Program-made: the position numbers and the translations under genes
Notes under the pieces: generated by a model
What the model was told of the DNA's origin: nothing
Database searches by the model: none
The model's input: the letters and a program-made list of their open reading frames with translations, nothing else
NCBI RefSeq assembly: GCF_030504625.1
Contig: NZ_JAUKWH010000005.1
Coordinates: forward strand, 38,602 to 70,601
Direction: 5' to 3'
Length of the DNA: 32,000 nt
From: Neisseria sp. MVDL19-042950
Lineage (GTDB): Bacteria > Pseudomonadota > Gammaproteobacteria > Burkholderiales > Neisseriaceae
Shown: one piece after another, positions 1 to 9,257 of the stretch
Position numbering within the stretch: position 1 is the first letter of the stretch
Layout: every line of letters begins with the position of its first letter

Positions 1-1117
1 AATCTTCGGTTATCCGATTGGCCACAATCACATCAGATGCACGTTTGAATTCGTCTAAATCATTGATGACAGGCGAACGGAAAAAGTGCTCTTCTTGCAA
101 TACCGGTTCATAAACGATTACTTCGATTCCTTTTGCTTTCAAGCGCTTCATAATGCCTTGAATCGAAGATGCACGGAAATTGTCCGAACCGGCTTTCATC
201 ACCAAACGGTAAATCCCTACGGTTTTAGGTTGCCGACGTAAGATATCCTCAGCAATAAAATCTTTCCGAGTGCTGTTGGCCGCAACAATGGCGTGAATCA
301 TGTTTTGAGGGACATCTTGATAGTTTGCCAGTAGTTGCTTGGTATCTTTGGGCAGACAGTAACCGCCGTATCCAAAGCTCGGGTTGTTGTAATGTTTGCC
401 GATACGGGAATCTAAACATACACCGTCAATGATTTGTTGCGTATCCAAACCGTGTACTGCCGCATAGGTATCCAATTCATTGAAGTAAGCAACACGCATT
501 GCCAAGTAAGTATTGGCAAATAATTTTATTGCTTCGGCTTCGGTATTATCGGTAAGCAGTATCGGTGTATCTGGCTTTAATGAAGCATCGCGTAATAACT
601 CGGCAAATTTTTGTGCCCGCTCGGAACGCTCGCCAACTACAATTCTGTTTGGATACAGGTTGTCGTATAAGGCTTTGCCTTCTCTTAAGAATTCGGGAGA
701 AAAGATAATATTTTCAGTATTGAGTTCTTGTTTTAAATGTTCGGTAAATCCAACCGGTACGGTAGATTTAATAATAATTACAGCATTAGGATTAATGGCA
801 ATGGCATCTCGGGCAACGGATTCGACAGAACTTGTATTGAAATAATTGCTTTCAGGATCATAATCCGTAGGCGTTGAAATAATTACATAATCCGCATCAC
901 GATAGGCAGCTTGCTTATCCGATGTAGCATGAAAATTTAAAGATTTGGTGGCAAAATAATCTTCAATCTCTGCATCAACAATAGGAGATTTATATTGATT
1001 TAATAATGCAACTTTTTCTTGATCAATATCGAGGGCAATAACTTCATTATGTTGTGCGAGTAAGACGGAATTGGATAAACCAACGTAGCCTGAGCCTACA
1101 ATAGTAAATTTTTTCAT
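1..1117 (-). CDS. ugd: UDP-glucose 6-dehydrogenase (3' end runs off the left window edge; about 372 codons visible)
   Basis: My own translation of the minus strand from ATG at 1117 gives [32 protein letters not shown] (Rossmann GxGxxG). Further on it gives [22 protein letters not shown], the catalytic-Cys motif of the UDP-Glc/GDP-Man dehydrogenase family. It is missing from the ORF track because it stays open to the window edge. The 513..845 + ORF is its antisense shadow. Confidence 0.9.
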   Translation of the reverse strand, partial: MKKFTIVGSGYVGLSNSVLLAQHNEVIALDIDQEKVALLNQYKSPIVDAEIEDYFATKSLNFHATSDKQAAYRDADYVIISTPTDYDPESNYFNTSSVESVARDAIAINPNAVIIIKSTVPVGFTEHLKQELNTENIIFSPEFLREGKALYDNLYPNRIVVGERSERAQKFAELLRDASLKPDTPILLTDNTEAEAIKLFANTYLAMRVAYFNELDTYAAVHGLDTQQIIDGVCLDSRIGKHYNNPSFGYGGYCLPKDTKQLLANYQDVPQNMIHAIVAANSTRKDFIAEDILRRQPKTVGIYRLVMKAGSDNFRASSIQGIMKRLKAKGIEVIVYEPVLQEEHFFRSPVINDLDEFKRASDVIVANRITED

Positions 1118-1156
1118 TTCAGCGTTTCTATATAGTTATTAATTAAAAAAGAAATC

Positions 1157-3262
1157 TTATTGTTCGAGGGTTAACTTAAAAACATACTTTCTGCTAGCAT
1201 CATCCGTGTCTTCCGGCGCATACTCATAAGAAAGCTTGGCTTGGCGTTTTAAGGAGGCATTAACCACTTTAAAGTGATTTATTTTTTGTAACCCCAGTTT
1301 TTTTATGGAAGTGTTTTCCCCATGTAATACACGGTTATAGCAAATTTTATTGATATGCTTAAATTCACCTACTTCGCTTAATTTAAGGTAAATATCATAG
1401 TCAACTGCATTGGTAATCGTTTCATCAAAGCCTTCAGTTAAATACCATGCGCGGGCAGAAAACATTCTAAAGTGATGAACAATCATTGCGGTTGTTAATT
1501 TTTCACGTGAAAATTCAGGCCAGTTATACCCCTTGGCAATTAATGAACCGTCAGGATTCACGTTTCGATTAGTAGTGTATACACAAGCTAGTTTTCGATT
1601 TTTTAAGAATTCGCTCAAACACAGCTCTACTGCATCCGGCTCCAAGTAATCATCAGAATCCAGCTGGCCGATATAAAATCCACGAGCCATTTTGACGGCC
1701 GCATTGGAGGCAGAAGCAATTCCGCCATTTTTCTTTGTCATAATCCGCACGCGTGGATTATTTCCATAATGACGATGTAAAACTTCCAGAGTGTTATCGG
1801 TAGAGCCGTCATCGCATATGCATACTTCCAAATCGGTAATCGTTTGATTCAATGCACTATCTACACATCTCACGATATATGACGAGCAGTTGTAGGCAGG
1901 AATGTAAATAGACACCAAAGGCACTTTATGTATCGTATCCGACAATAGTGAAGTAGGTTTACGATAGAAATACGGAACTTTTTCTTTTACGATATTAATC
2001 GTAATTTTTTTTCCTTCGGAACGATCTGTTTCGTTTTCTTTTCCGGGTGGTTCTTGATGGTAGGCCATGCCGCCATCTAATGATTGAAAGAAACAACCTT
2101 TTTTAAATAGACGATAACCGAATTCATTATCCTCTCCTCCCCAGTGGGTAAATTCCTCATCAAACCATCCCGCGATGTCTAACCATTTCCGTGCGAATGC
2201 AACGTTTCCTCCGCTGAAATAACGGAAAGGAGAATCGCACAAGCGTAGATTATCGGTTTTAGCAAAGTGCTCTAAACGCCAGTCTATTGAAGCAACGGCT
2301 GTCTGTGTACTACCCACGAGATTGTTGGTTTTGGTTTCCGGCAGGTTGGTTATAAGTTGATCGTTTGCCAAGAAATCTTTAGCTGATAATCCGTGTGTAT
2401 CTACATATTTTCTAGGGCCGACTAATGCCACATTATCATTTTGAAGAAGGCGATGGAGATAAGATTGAACCCAATGTGGATTCGGAGCCATATCGCAATC
2501 AAGAATGGAAACATAATCATACTTTGCAGTACGCAAGCCTAAGTTACGGGTTGCGCATAATTGATACCCGTTATCCGGTTGGCGTACATATTTGATATCT
2601 AATATGTTTTCATATTTCCTTACGACATCGACAATTTGTTGTTGGCTTCCGTCATCCGCAACAATTACTTCAAAAGCATAGTTGGTTTTTTGATTAACCA
2701 AACAGGCTAAAGTAATATCTAGAATCCAGTCGCGATTGAATGTCGGGATAATAATAGACAAACCTATATTGCTATTTTTTATAGATGTTGAAGCAATATG
2801 GTTATATCCGCTTCTTTTCTCTAGCCAGAGATAGTCATTGGGACCTTCAGGTAATGGGGCTAACTGTAAATTTTTAGGCCAATTGCTTGGAATAGGATTA
2901 ACTTTTTTATATTCGGCATCTTCCGATTTTCTTTGAGTTAACTGTTTCCATGCTTTAACTGAATCAGCGCGTTCTGATTCAGATAACTCTAAAAGCCCTT
3001 GATTATTCAAAAGAATTTTTGTTGCGATATCCAGAGTATCTAGGGCGGGCAAAATGTTATTTTGAACTTCGTTGGATGCACATATTGCCTTAGCTTCTTG
3101 GGATAAAGGCGCTATTTTTTTTAGAGCTTCATTACATTTTTTTATATGTAAAGAAACTATTTTTTCACCATATATGTTAGAAGCTTGTTTGAATAATAAT
3201 AAAGCATCTTGGAAATTCTGATTGTTGTAGCAAGCAATAGCTTGACTTAATATTTTTTCCAT
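1157..3262 (-). CDS. Bifunctional dual-GT2 polysaccharide synthase, KfoC / Pasteurella class II hyaluronan-chondroitin synthase type (capsule polymerase)
   Basis: 701 aa with two GT-A modules. Module 1 has IIIPTFNR, VADDGSQQ, ILDCDMAP and WGGEDNEFGYR. Module 2 has VSIYIPAYNCSSYIVRCVDSALNQTITDLEVCICDDGSTDNT, GQLDSDDYLEPDA and KHINKICYNRVLHGENTSIKKL. These strings and the length match what I recall of E. coli K4 KfoC (686 aa) and the PmCS/PmHAS catalytic core. ugd lies immediately downstream. Confidence 0.85.
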   Translation of the reverse strand: MEKILSQAIACYNNQNFQDALLLFKQASNIYGEKIVSLHIKKCNEALKKIAPLSQEAKAICASNEVQNNILPALDTLDIATKILLNNQGLLELSESERADSVKAWKQLTQRKSEDAEYKKVNPIPSNWPKNLQLAPLPEGPNDYLWLEKRSGYNHIASTSIKNSNIGLSIIIPTFNRDWILDITLACLVNQKTNYAFEVIVADDGSQQQIVDVVRKYENILDIKYVRQPDNGYQLCATRNLGLRTAKYDYVSILDCDMAPNPHWVQSYLHRLLQNDNVALVGPRKYVDTHGLSAKDFLANDQLITNLPETKTNNLVGSTQTAVASIDWRLEHFAKTDNLRLCDSPFRYFSGGNVAFARKWLDIAGWFDEEFTHWGGEDNEFGYRLFKKGCFFQSLDGGMAYHQEPPGKENETDRSEGKKITINIVKEKVPYFYRKPTSLLSDTIHKVPLVSIYIPAYNCSSYIVRCVDSALNQTITDLEVCICDDGSTDNTLEVLHRHYGNNPRVRIMTKKNGGIASASNAAVKMARGFYIGQLDSDDYLEPDAVELCLSEFLKNRKLACVYTTNRNVNPDGSLIAKGYNWPEFSREKLTTAMIVHHFRMFSARAWYLTEGFDETITNAVDYDIYLKLSEVGEFKHINKICYNRVLHGENTSIKKLGLQKINHFKVVNASLKRQAKLSYEYAPEDTDDASRKYVFKLTLEQ

Positions 3263-3389
3263 TTGAAAAGCCCCGTAAATTCTTAACTTTTTGAATAGAT
3301 AATTTTTAATATTTCAGCTGATAAATTTAAGAAAACTATCCTCAGCATGTTTTGAATTAACTATAGTATTTAGTTTGATTGTTTCAATT

Positions 3390-4982
3390 TTATTGTACGT
3401 GCGCCATTTGCTTTTCTTTTTTAAACTTTCTTGCAGTGTTGGCCAATACAAAAGGCATAGCAATCCAACGAAGGGGGTTACGGATATAAGTCAGTAAATT
3501 TTGCCCAAGCTGATAAGACAAATGTTTATGAATTCTGTTTATATCCGCAGCATCATTGTAAAAGTGTACTGGCGGCAAATTTTGTTCACATGTTTGCTGT
3601 TCTTTATTCACTCGTTTGGCCGTTCGCAATAATTCGAAAGGCATTTTTATACATCCGCTGAAACTTTTACTTTGCTGAATCATTACTGCGCCCAATTGAT
3701 AAGGCAGTTGGGTGCGCACACGATCAGCGGCTCCGTAGTACACGGGGCGTGCTGCCAAACGTTGTTTTTCTAAATATATTTTTTCCAACTCTTCTTGAAC
3801 AAAGTGGAGCTGTTCCAATAAAAGAGTGTTTTCTTTTTCTATAGAGGATTGGGCATTTTTTAGTTGTTGTAAATTTTGCTTATCCGCTTCAGCTTGTTGA
3901 GTAAATAAATTGATTTTTGATGCTAAATCTGATTTTTCTTTTTCCAATTTCAATTTTTCTTGCAGATGTACGTCATGCTTCTGCTTGTACTCATCAGCTA
4001 TTTTTCTGGTTGCTTTTAATTGCTCTTCAACTTGGTTGTAATGCAAGTGAATGGTTTCGCATTCTTTTTTAGTTGATTGTAATTGTTTGGAAAGTAGCGA
4101 AATATTGTCTTTATCGGCCAAACTGTTTGTCATGAGAGAGGCTATCTCTTGATGTTGCAGCATCATTGTTTGCCATGCGCCCATCACTAATTGGCGGTTG
4201 TTTTTCTTACATAAATCAGATTTCAAAGGTAAATTGGAATTATCTTGTAGCTTCTTATATAGCTCTATTACATCGACATTTTCATGAATTAGCGCATCAG
4301 CAAGATAAGCCGCCAAATTTGTTTGGCTGTTGTTTTCTGTATGCACAGAAAGCTCAAAGTTTTTGTCTTTTGAGGGTTTTAAGAGCTGTGGCTGTTTATG
4401 CGATTTATTTTCTTGGGTTACCCACTGCGCTCCTATATGGTGAGAAATTTTCTTCAAATATTTTTTAATAGAAAGCTGAGCCTGTTGGCTATGTACCAGC
4501 AAGCAACGGTTTTTATTATGCAGATAAAAGTTTAATAAACTTTCATTATAGGTAAGCCACTCTTGTAATTTTTGAGCAGTAACGCTTTCTGTCAGCATTT
4601 GAGGCGCACGCGTCAAGACGCTATTCGGTTGGTCGTAAACCAGAATAAAGTGCATGGAACTATCCATATCGCGCCAATAATTTAAAAGGCTGTTCGCTTC
4701 AGGATCTGCCCATCCCCAAAATGGTTGATCAATATTTCCAAGAAATAAATCCATAGCCAGGCCGTACCAAGCCGCTTCAATATGAAGTTGTTGTTCTGTT
4801 TCATAACGGCGAGGTGTATATAAAGAAGGCCGAGCAGACCTTGCCAATAATGAATCGATTTCTAAGGGAGACATTCCATCTCTTTTGGATGGCAATGCAT
4901 GACCCATACCATGGTTGTATAGAAGTTGCTCTACAGCTTGATAGTTAGAATGTTGATGTCCGACGATGAGAATTTTAGCCAT
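3390..4982 (-). CDS. Capsule-region protein of unknown function: N-terminal globular domain, long central coiled coil, duplicated C-terminal motif
   Basis: 530-aa ORF, first gene of the synthesis operon, with AGGGGA upstream of the ATG. Residues ~290-410 are heptad-like and K/E/Q/L-rich (KQKHDVHLQEKLKLEKEKSDLASKINLFTQQAEADKQNLQQLKNAQSSIEKENTLLLEQLHFVQEELEKIYLEKQRL). The C-terminus carries two copies of Y..AAD..R....L.YQLG...(12-14)...MPF.L..TA+. I recognise no family with certainty. Confidence 0.8.
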   Translation of the reverse strand: MAKILIVGHQHSNYQAVEQLLYNHGMGHALPSKRDGMSPLEIDSLLARSARPSLYTPRRYETEQQLHIEAAWYGLAMDLFLGNIDQPFWGWADPEANSLLNYWRDMDSSMHFILVYDQPNSVLTRAPQMLTESVTAQKLQEWLTYNESLLNFYLHNKNRCLLVHSQQAQLSIKKYLKKISHHIGAQWVTQENKSHKQPQLLKPSKDKNFELSVHTENNSQTNLAAYLADALIHENVDVIELYKKLQDNSNLPLKSDLCKKNNRQLVMGAWQTMMLQHQEIASLMTNSLADKDNISLLSKQLQSTKKECETIHLHYNQVEEQLKATRKIADEYKQKHDVHLQEKLKLEKEKSDLASKINLFTQQAEADKQNLQQLKNAQSSIEKENTLLLEQLHFVQEELEKIYLEKQRLAARPVYYGAADRVRTQLPYQLGAVMIQQSKSFSGCIKMPFELLRTAKRVNKEQQTCEQNLPPVHFYNDAADINRIHKHLSYQLGQNLLTYIRNPLRWIAMPFVLANTARKFKKEKQMAHVQ

Positions 4983-5389
4983 AATGTCCCCTTTAAAAGA
5001 AATAATCCCTTGGGTTAGTATTAAATTAATTATGTAAATATTAGTAAGTAAATTTTTGTAACGATAATCTTTGTTTTTTGAAAATACCTTAACTTTAATA
5101 AGCTTAACGCAATTTCAATAGCTATTTGTCATATTTATTAACATATGACATTAACATAAATACATGTTTTTATAACGTTAATTTACTTTTCCTTGATAAA
5201 TTTTTTCGATATTATATTAAAAAAATCTTCGCAGGTATAGTGCCACTTGGTATTATTTTTGAAATAAGTATGAATTATGATTTTTTCATTTAAAAATATG
5301 TTTTTAAAAACATATTTAAGAGTGTTACTAAATGCGCCAGATGTTAGAATGCTTTCGTTTGTAACGCTGCATAATGAAAAAGGGAACAG
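4983..5389. promoter_or_regulatory. AT-rich divergent control region between the capsule synthesis operon (-) and ctrABCD (+)
   Basis: 407 bp without ORFs between divergent starts. It contains a perfect 24-bp palindrome, AAATATGTTTTTAAAAACATATTT, at 5294-5317. It also contains an 8-8-8 inverted repeat, TGTCATAT-N8-ATATGACA, at 5127-5150. I could not place -35/-10 boxes confidently. Confidence 0.5.
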
Positions 5390-6589
5390 GTGAATTTCTT
5401 TATGAATTTGATAAATAAAAATATTTTTCGATTTTGGATTTGGGGGATCGGGATGGCATTGTTTTTGCCGGGATGTGGTGTCGTGCCTACTTCCGGACCA
5501 AGTTACAGTCAGGCAACAGCTTTGGGAAATTTGAAAGATGCTGAAAATTTACCGGTTGTAGAAGTAATTGATATAACGGATTCTGTGTTGGGGCATCTGC
5601 ATCATTCTGCGGAAAGCTACTCGTTTGCTGAGTTTTCAGCTAATAGTAAAGGTTATAACGATTTGGTTGATGCCGGCGATGTGTTGGATATTGCAATATG
5701 GGAAGCCCCTCCTGCGTTGTTGTTCGGCGGGGCACTTACATCACTGGGTTCGGGGAATGCACAATTAACAAAACTACCCGAACAAATGGTGGCTAATAAC
5801 GGAAAGATTACCGTCCCGTTTCTCGGTGCTTTGTATGTAAAAGGCAAAACACCGGAGGCTATTCAAAATGACATTGTTAACCGCCTGAGGAAAATGGCAA
5901 ATCAGCCGCAAGTGATGGTGCGGTTGGTTAAAAACAATTCTGCAAACGTTGTGGTGGTAAGGGCCGGCAGTAGTATCCGTATGCCGCTAACAGCACAAGG
6001 AGAAAGGGTTTTGGATGCTGTGGCGGCCATCGGGGGAACCACGGATGACATACGGGATGTTTCAGTTCAATTGACTCGAGGGGGAGTAGTAAAAACTATT
6101 GCATTTGAAACACTTACCACTAAACCTGCTGAAAATGTTTTATTACGCACGGGAGATGTTGTAGCCCTTCATTCCAAACCACTCAGTTTTACCGCTTTGG
6201 GCGCTGTTGGAAAAGTACAACAATTCCGCTTTTCAGCCAAAGGGATGAATTTGGGAGAGGCGCTCGGTCAGATGGGGGGCTTGCTGGATCGAAGAGCCAA
6301 TCCTAAGGGTGTATTTATATTCCGCTATCAGCCTTTATCCAAACTGTCGCAACCCGAACAAGGTAAATGGCTGGCTAAAGGGTATACCATGGATGCAAAT
6401 GTACCCACCGTATATCGCATAGATTTGCTAGATGCTAAATCTTTATTTTGGATGCAAAAATTTGCCATGCAAGACAAAGACATCGTTTATGTGGCAAATG
6501 CCCCGCTGGTTGAACTGCAAAAATTCCTACAGTTTGTTTTTTCTCCTGTTGTCAGTGGTGCCAGCAGTATCAACAATATAGCTAATTAA
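5390..6589 (+). CDS. ctrA: Capsule polysaccharide export outer-membrane lipoprotein CtrA (KpsD/Wza-like)
   Basis: 399 aa with an N-terminal lipobox (ALFLPGC). Its position and length match meningococcal CtrA, and it is followed by ctrBCD. The start is ambiguous: GTG at 5390 (AAGGGA upstream) or ATG at 5402. Confidence 0.88.
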   Translation: MNFFMNLINKNIFRFWIWGIGMALFLPGCGVVPTSGPSYSQATALGNLKDAENLPVVEVIDITDSVLGHLHHSAESYSFAEFSANSKGYNDLVDAGDVLDIAIWEAPPALLFGGALTSLGSGNAQLTKLPEQMVANNGKITVPFLGALYVKGKTPEAIQNDIVNRLRKMANQPQVMVRLVKNNSANVVVVRAGSSIRMPLTAQGERVLDAVAAIGGTTDDIRDVSVQLTRGGVVKTIAFETLTTKPAENVLLRTGDVVALHSKPLSFTALGAVGKVQQFRFSAKGMNLGEALGQMGGLLDRRANPKGVFIFRYQPLSKLSQPEQGKWLAKGYTMDANVPTVYRIDLLDAKSLFWMQKFAMQDKDIVYVANAPLVELQKFLQFVFSPVVSGASSINNIAN

Positions 6590-6601
6590 TGGAGCATTGA
6601 A

Positions 6602-7750
6602 ATGTCAGAACAGAAAAATACAGAGGCAACAAATGCTCAAAAAAAGAAAAAGCGCAGCTTTTTTACAAAATGGGGGGCTTTATTCTGGGGTACGGTAATT
6701 ATTCCTACCGTATGTTCTACGGTGTATTTTTCAGTTTGGGCGGCCGACCAATATATATCCGAATCCAGTTTTGTTGTGCGTTCCGCCCGTAATCAATCGG
6801 CGTTAAGCGGAATAGGCGCACTATTGCAAAATGTCGGGTTTTCCCGTTCGCAGGATGATACCTATACTGTGCGGGAATATATGGAATCGCGCACGGCGTT
6901 GGAAGCGTTGGAAAAAACGATTCCCGTGCGCGAATACTATGAACAGAAAGGCGATGTTTTCAGCCGCTTTAACGGGTTCGGCTTTTTTGATTCAAACGAG
7001 GCTTTCTATCAATACTATAAAAATAAGGTCAATATTGCTTTCGATCCGGTGTCGGGTATTTCGGTGCTGAGAGTGGAATCGTTTGATGCCAAAGAATCGC
7101 AGCAGATTAACGCCGCCTTGTTGAATAGGGCGGAAGAGTTAATCAACAAATTAAATGCCCGTGCGCGCAAAGATACGATCGAGCAGGCCGAACACGGTGT
7201 CGAAGCGGCCGAAGAACGGGTAAAAAATGCGGCAGGAAAAATGGCTGAGTACCGTACTCAAAACGGCATTTTTGATTTGAAAGCACAGTCCGAAGCACAG
7301 ATGGAGCTGGTGTCGAAATTGCAAGACGAGTTGATTGTGATTCAAACCCAGTTGGATCAAGTGCGGGCGGTAACGCCGGAAAACCCGCAAATTGCAGGTT
7401 TGCTGGCCCGCGAAAAAAGCCTCCGCCGCGAGATCAAAGATCAAATGCAGAAAATTTCCGGCACTTCGAATAGTTCCATTGCTACGCAAGCTGCCAACTA
7501 TCAGCGGTTATTTCTGGAAAATGAGCTGGCCGAAAAACAATTGGCTACTGCTTTGGTGTCATTGGAAAACGCTAAGTCCGAAGCCGATCGCAAGCAGTTG
7601 TATTTGGAAGTGGTGTCCCATCCGAACAGGCCGGACATGGCTTTGGAGCCCAAGCGTATCTACAATATTGTGGCAACATTTATTATCGGTTTGATTTTAT
7701 ACGGTATTTTGAGTTTATTGATTGCCAGTGTGAGAGAGCATAAAAACTGA
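6602..7750 (+). CDS. ctrB: Capsule export inner-membrane protein CtrB (KpsE family, PCP-3)
   Basis: 382 aa with an N-terminal TM (GALFWGTVIIPTVCSTVYFSVWA), a coiled-coil periplasmic region and a C-terminal TM (IVATFIIGLILYGILSLLIA). GGAG precedes the ATG. The stop overlaps the ctrC start (TGATG). Confidence 0.9.
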   Translation: MSEQKNTEATNAQKKKKRSFFTKWGALFWGTVIIPTVCSTVYFSVWAADQYISESSFVVRSARNQSALSGIGALLQNVGFSRSQDDTYTVREYMESRTALEALEKTIPVREYYEQKGDVFSRFNGFGFFDSNEAFYQYYKNKVNIAFDPVSGISVLRVESFDAKESQQINAALLNRAEELINKLNARARKDTIEQAEHGVEAAEERVKNAAGKMAEYRTQNGIFDLKAQSEAQMELVSKLQDELIVIQTQLDQVRAVTPENPQIAGLLAREKSLRREIKDQMQKISGTSNSSIATQAANYQRLFLENELAEKQLATALVSLENAKSEADRKQLYLEVVSHPNRPDMALEPKRIYNIVATFIIGLILYGILSLLIASVREHKN

Positions 7751-8547
7751 TGAAAGCGTTGCACGAAACTACGTTTAAACAATCGCTGGCCATTCAAATG
7801 CGGGTAATCGGTGCACTGTTGATGCGTGAAATCATTACCCGTTACGGGCGCAATAACATCGGTTTCCTGTGGCTGTTTATGGAACCTTTATTGCTTACGT
7901 TGCTTATCGTATTGGTGTGGAAGTTTGTACGCGCAGATCAATTTTCGGCATTGGATATTGTTGCCTTTGTGCTTACAGGTTACCCCATGGCCATGATGTG
8001 GCGTAATGCTTCCAACCGTGCCATCGGAGCGATTGCCGCCAATGCCAGCTTGCTGTACCACAGAAATGTGCGCGTGCTGGATACGGTTGTAACACGCATA
8101 TTGTTGGAAGTGGCAGGGGCAACCGTTGCCCAAATCATGATTATGGCGGTGTTGATAGCGATACGTTGGATCGAAATGCCGGCTGATATTTTCTATATGC
8201 TGCTCGCTTGGTTGCTGATGGCCATGTTTGCTTTTGGGCTGGGGCTGATTATTTGTGCCGTTGCCTTCAAATTCGATTCGTTCGGCAAGTTGTGGGGAAC
8301 GTTGAGTTTCATCATGCTGCCTTTGTCGGGAGCATTCTTTTTTGTGTCGGTTATACCCCAACCGATGCAAAAATATATTTTGTGGATACCTATGGTGCAT
8401 GGTACCGAAATGTTCCGGCACGGGTATTTCGGTCATTCGGTTATCACTTATGAAAATCCGTGGTTTTTGATTTTGTGCAATATCGTGATGCTGTTGCTGG
8501 GTTTGGCCATGATCAGCAAGTTCAGTAAAGGAGTGGAGCCGCAATGA
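7750..8547 (+). CDS. ctrC: Capsule export ABC transporter permease CtrC (KpsM family)
   Basis: 265 aa, multi-TM ABC-2 type. [43 protein letters not shown]... closely matches my recollection of meningococcal CtrC. There is an ATGA overlap with ctrD. Confidence 0.92.
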   Translation: MKALHETTFKQSLAIQMRVIGALLMREIITRYGRNNIGFLWLFMEPLLLTLLIVLVWKFVRADQFSALDIVAFVLTGYPMAMMWRNASNRAIGAIAANASLLYHRNVRVLDTVVTRILLEVAGATVAQIMIMAVLIAIRWIEMPADIFYMLLAWLLMAMFAFGLGLIICAVAFKFDSFGKLWGTLSFIMLPLSGAFFFVSVIPQPMQKYILWIPMVHGTEMFRHGYFGHSVITYENPWFLILCNIVMLLLGLAMISKFSKGVEPQ

Positions 8548-9194
8548 TTTCAGTCGAACATGTATCTAAGCGGTATCGGACGCGCGAAGGCTGGAAAACA
8601 GTTTTAAGCGGTATCGATTTCAAACTCGAAAAAGGCGAAAAAATCGGTATTTTAGGCCGAAACGGGGCGGGTAAATCCACACTGATACGCTTGATCAGCG
8701 GTGTGGAACCGCCCACCGAAGGAGAGATTAAACGCACGATGAGTATTTCTTGGCCGTTGGCGTTCAGCGGGGCGTTTCAAGGCAGCCTTACCGGTATGGA
8801 TAATTTGCGTTTTATCTGTCGGATTTATAACGTAGATATGGATTACGTGAAGGCGTTTACCGAAGAGTTTTCCGAGCTGGGACAATATCTGTATGAGCCG
8901 GTAAAACGCTATTCTTCGGGCATGAAAGCGCGGCTGGCCTTTGCATTGTCGCTGGCGGTCGAGTTTGACTGCTATCTGATTGACGAAGTGATTGCGGTGG
9001 GCGACTCGCGTTTTTCCGAAAAATGCCGCTACGAACTGTTTGAAAGGCGTAAAGACCGCTCGATAATTTTGGTTTCCCACAACCATAGCGCAATGAAGCA
9101 ATATTGCGATAACGCGATGGTGTTGGAAGCGGGGAAGCTGTATAAGTTCGATAATATGGACGAAGCGTATCAATACTATAACGCCTGTCTGTAA
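8544..9194 (+). CDS. ctrD: Capsule export ABC transporter ATPase CtrD (KpsT family)
   Basis: 216 aa with Walker [10 protein letters not shown], signature [12 protein letters not shown] and Walker B CYLIDE. It is nearly colinear with meningococcal CtrD as I recall it. Confidence 0.95.
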   Translation: MISVEHVSKRYRTREGWKTVLSGIDFKLEKGEKIGILGRNGAGKSTLIRLISGVEPPTEGEIKRTMSISWPLAFSGAFQGSLTGMDNLRFICRIYNVDMDYVKAFTEEFSELGQYLYEPVKRYSSGMKARLAFALSLAVEFDCYLIDEVIAVGDSRFSEKCRYELFERRKDRSIILVSHNHSAMKQYCDNAMVLEAGKLYKFDNMDEAYQYYNACL

Positions 9195-9211
9195 GCCGCC
9201 GTATTTGTTTG

Positions 9212-9242
9212 GAGGCCGTCTGAAATCTTTTCAGACGGCCTC
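9212..9242 (+). terminator. Inverted DUS pair hairpin downstream of ctrD
   Basis: GAGGCCGTCTGAAA-tct-TTTCAGACGGCCTC forms a perfect 14-bp stem 18 nt after the ctrD stop. Confidence 0.65.
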
Positions 9243-9257
9243 AGTTATAATACCCGC

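Noticed and set aside
513-845. 110-aa + strand ORF
   Set aside because: It is antisense to the ugd gene, which stays open from 1117 to the window edge and has the Rossmann and catalytic-Cys motifs.
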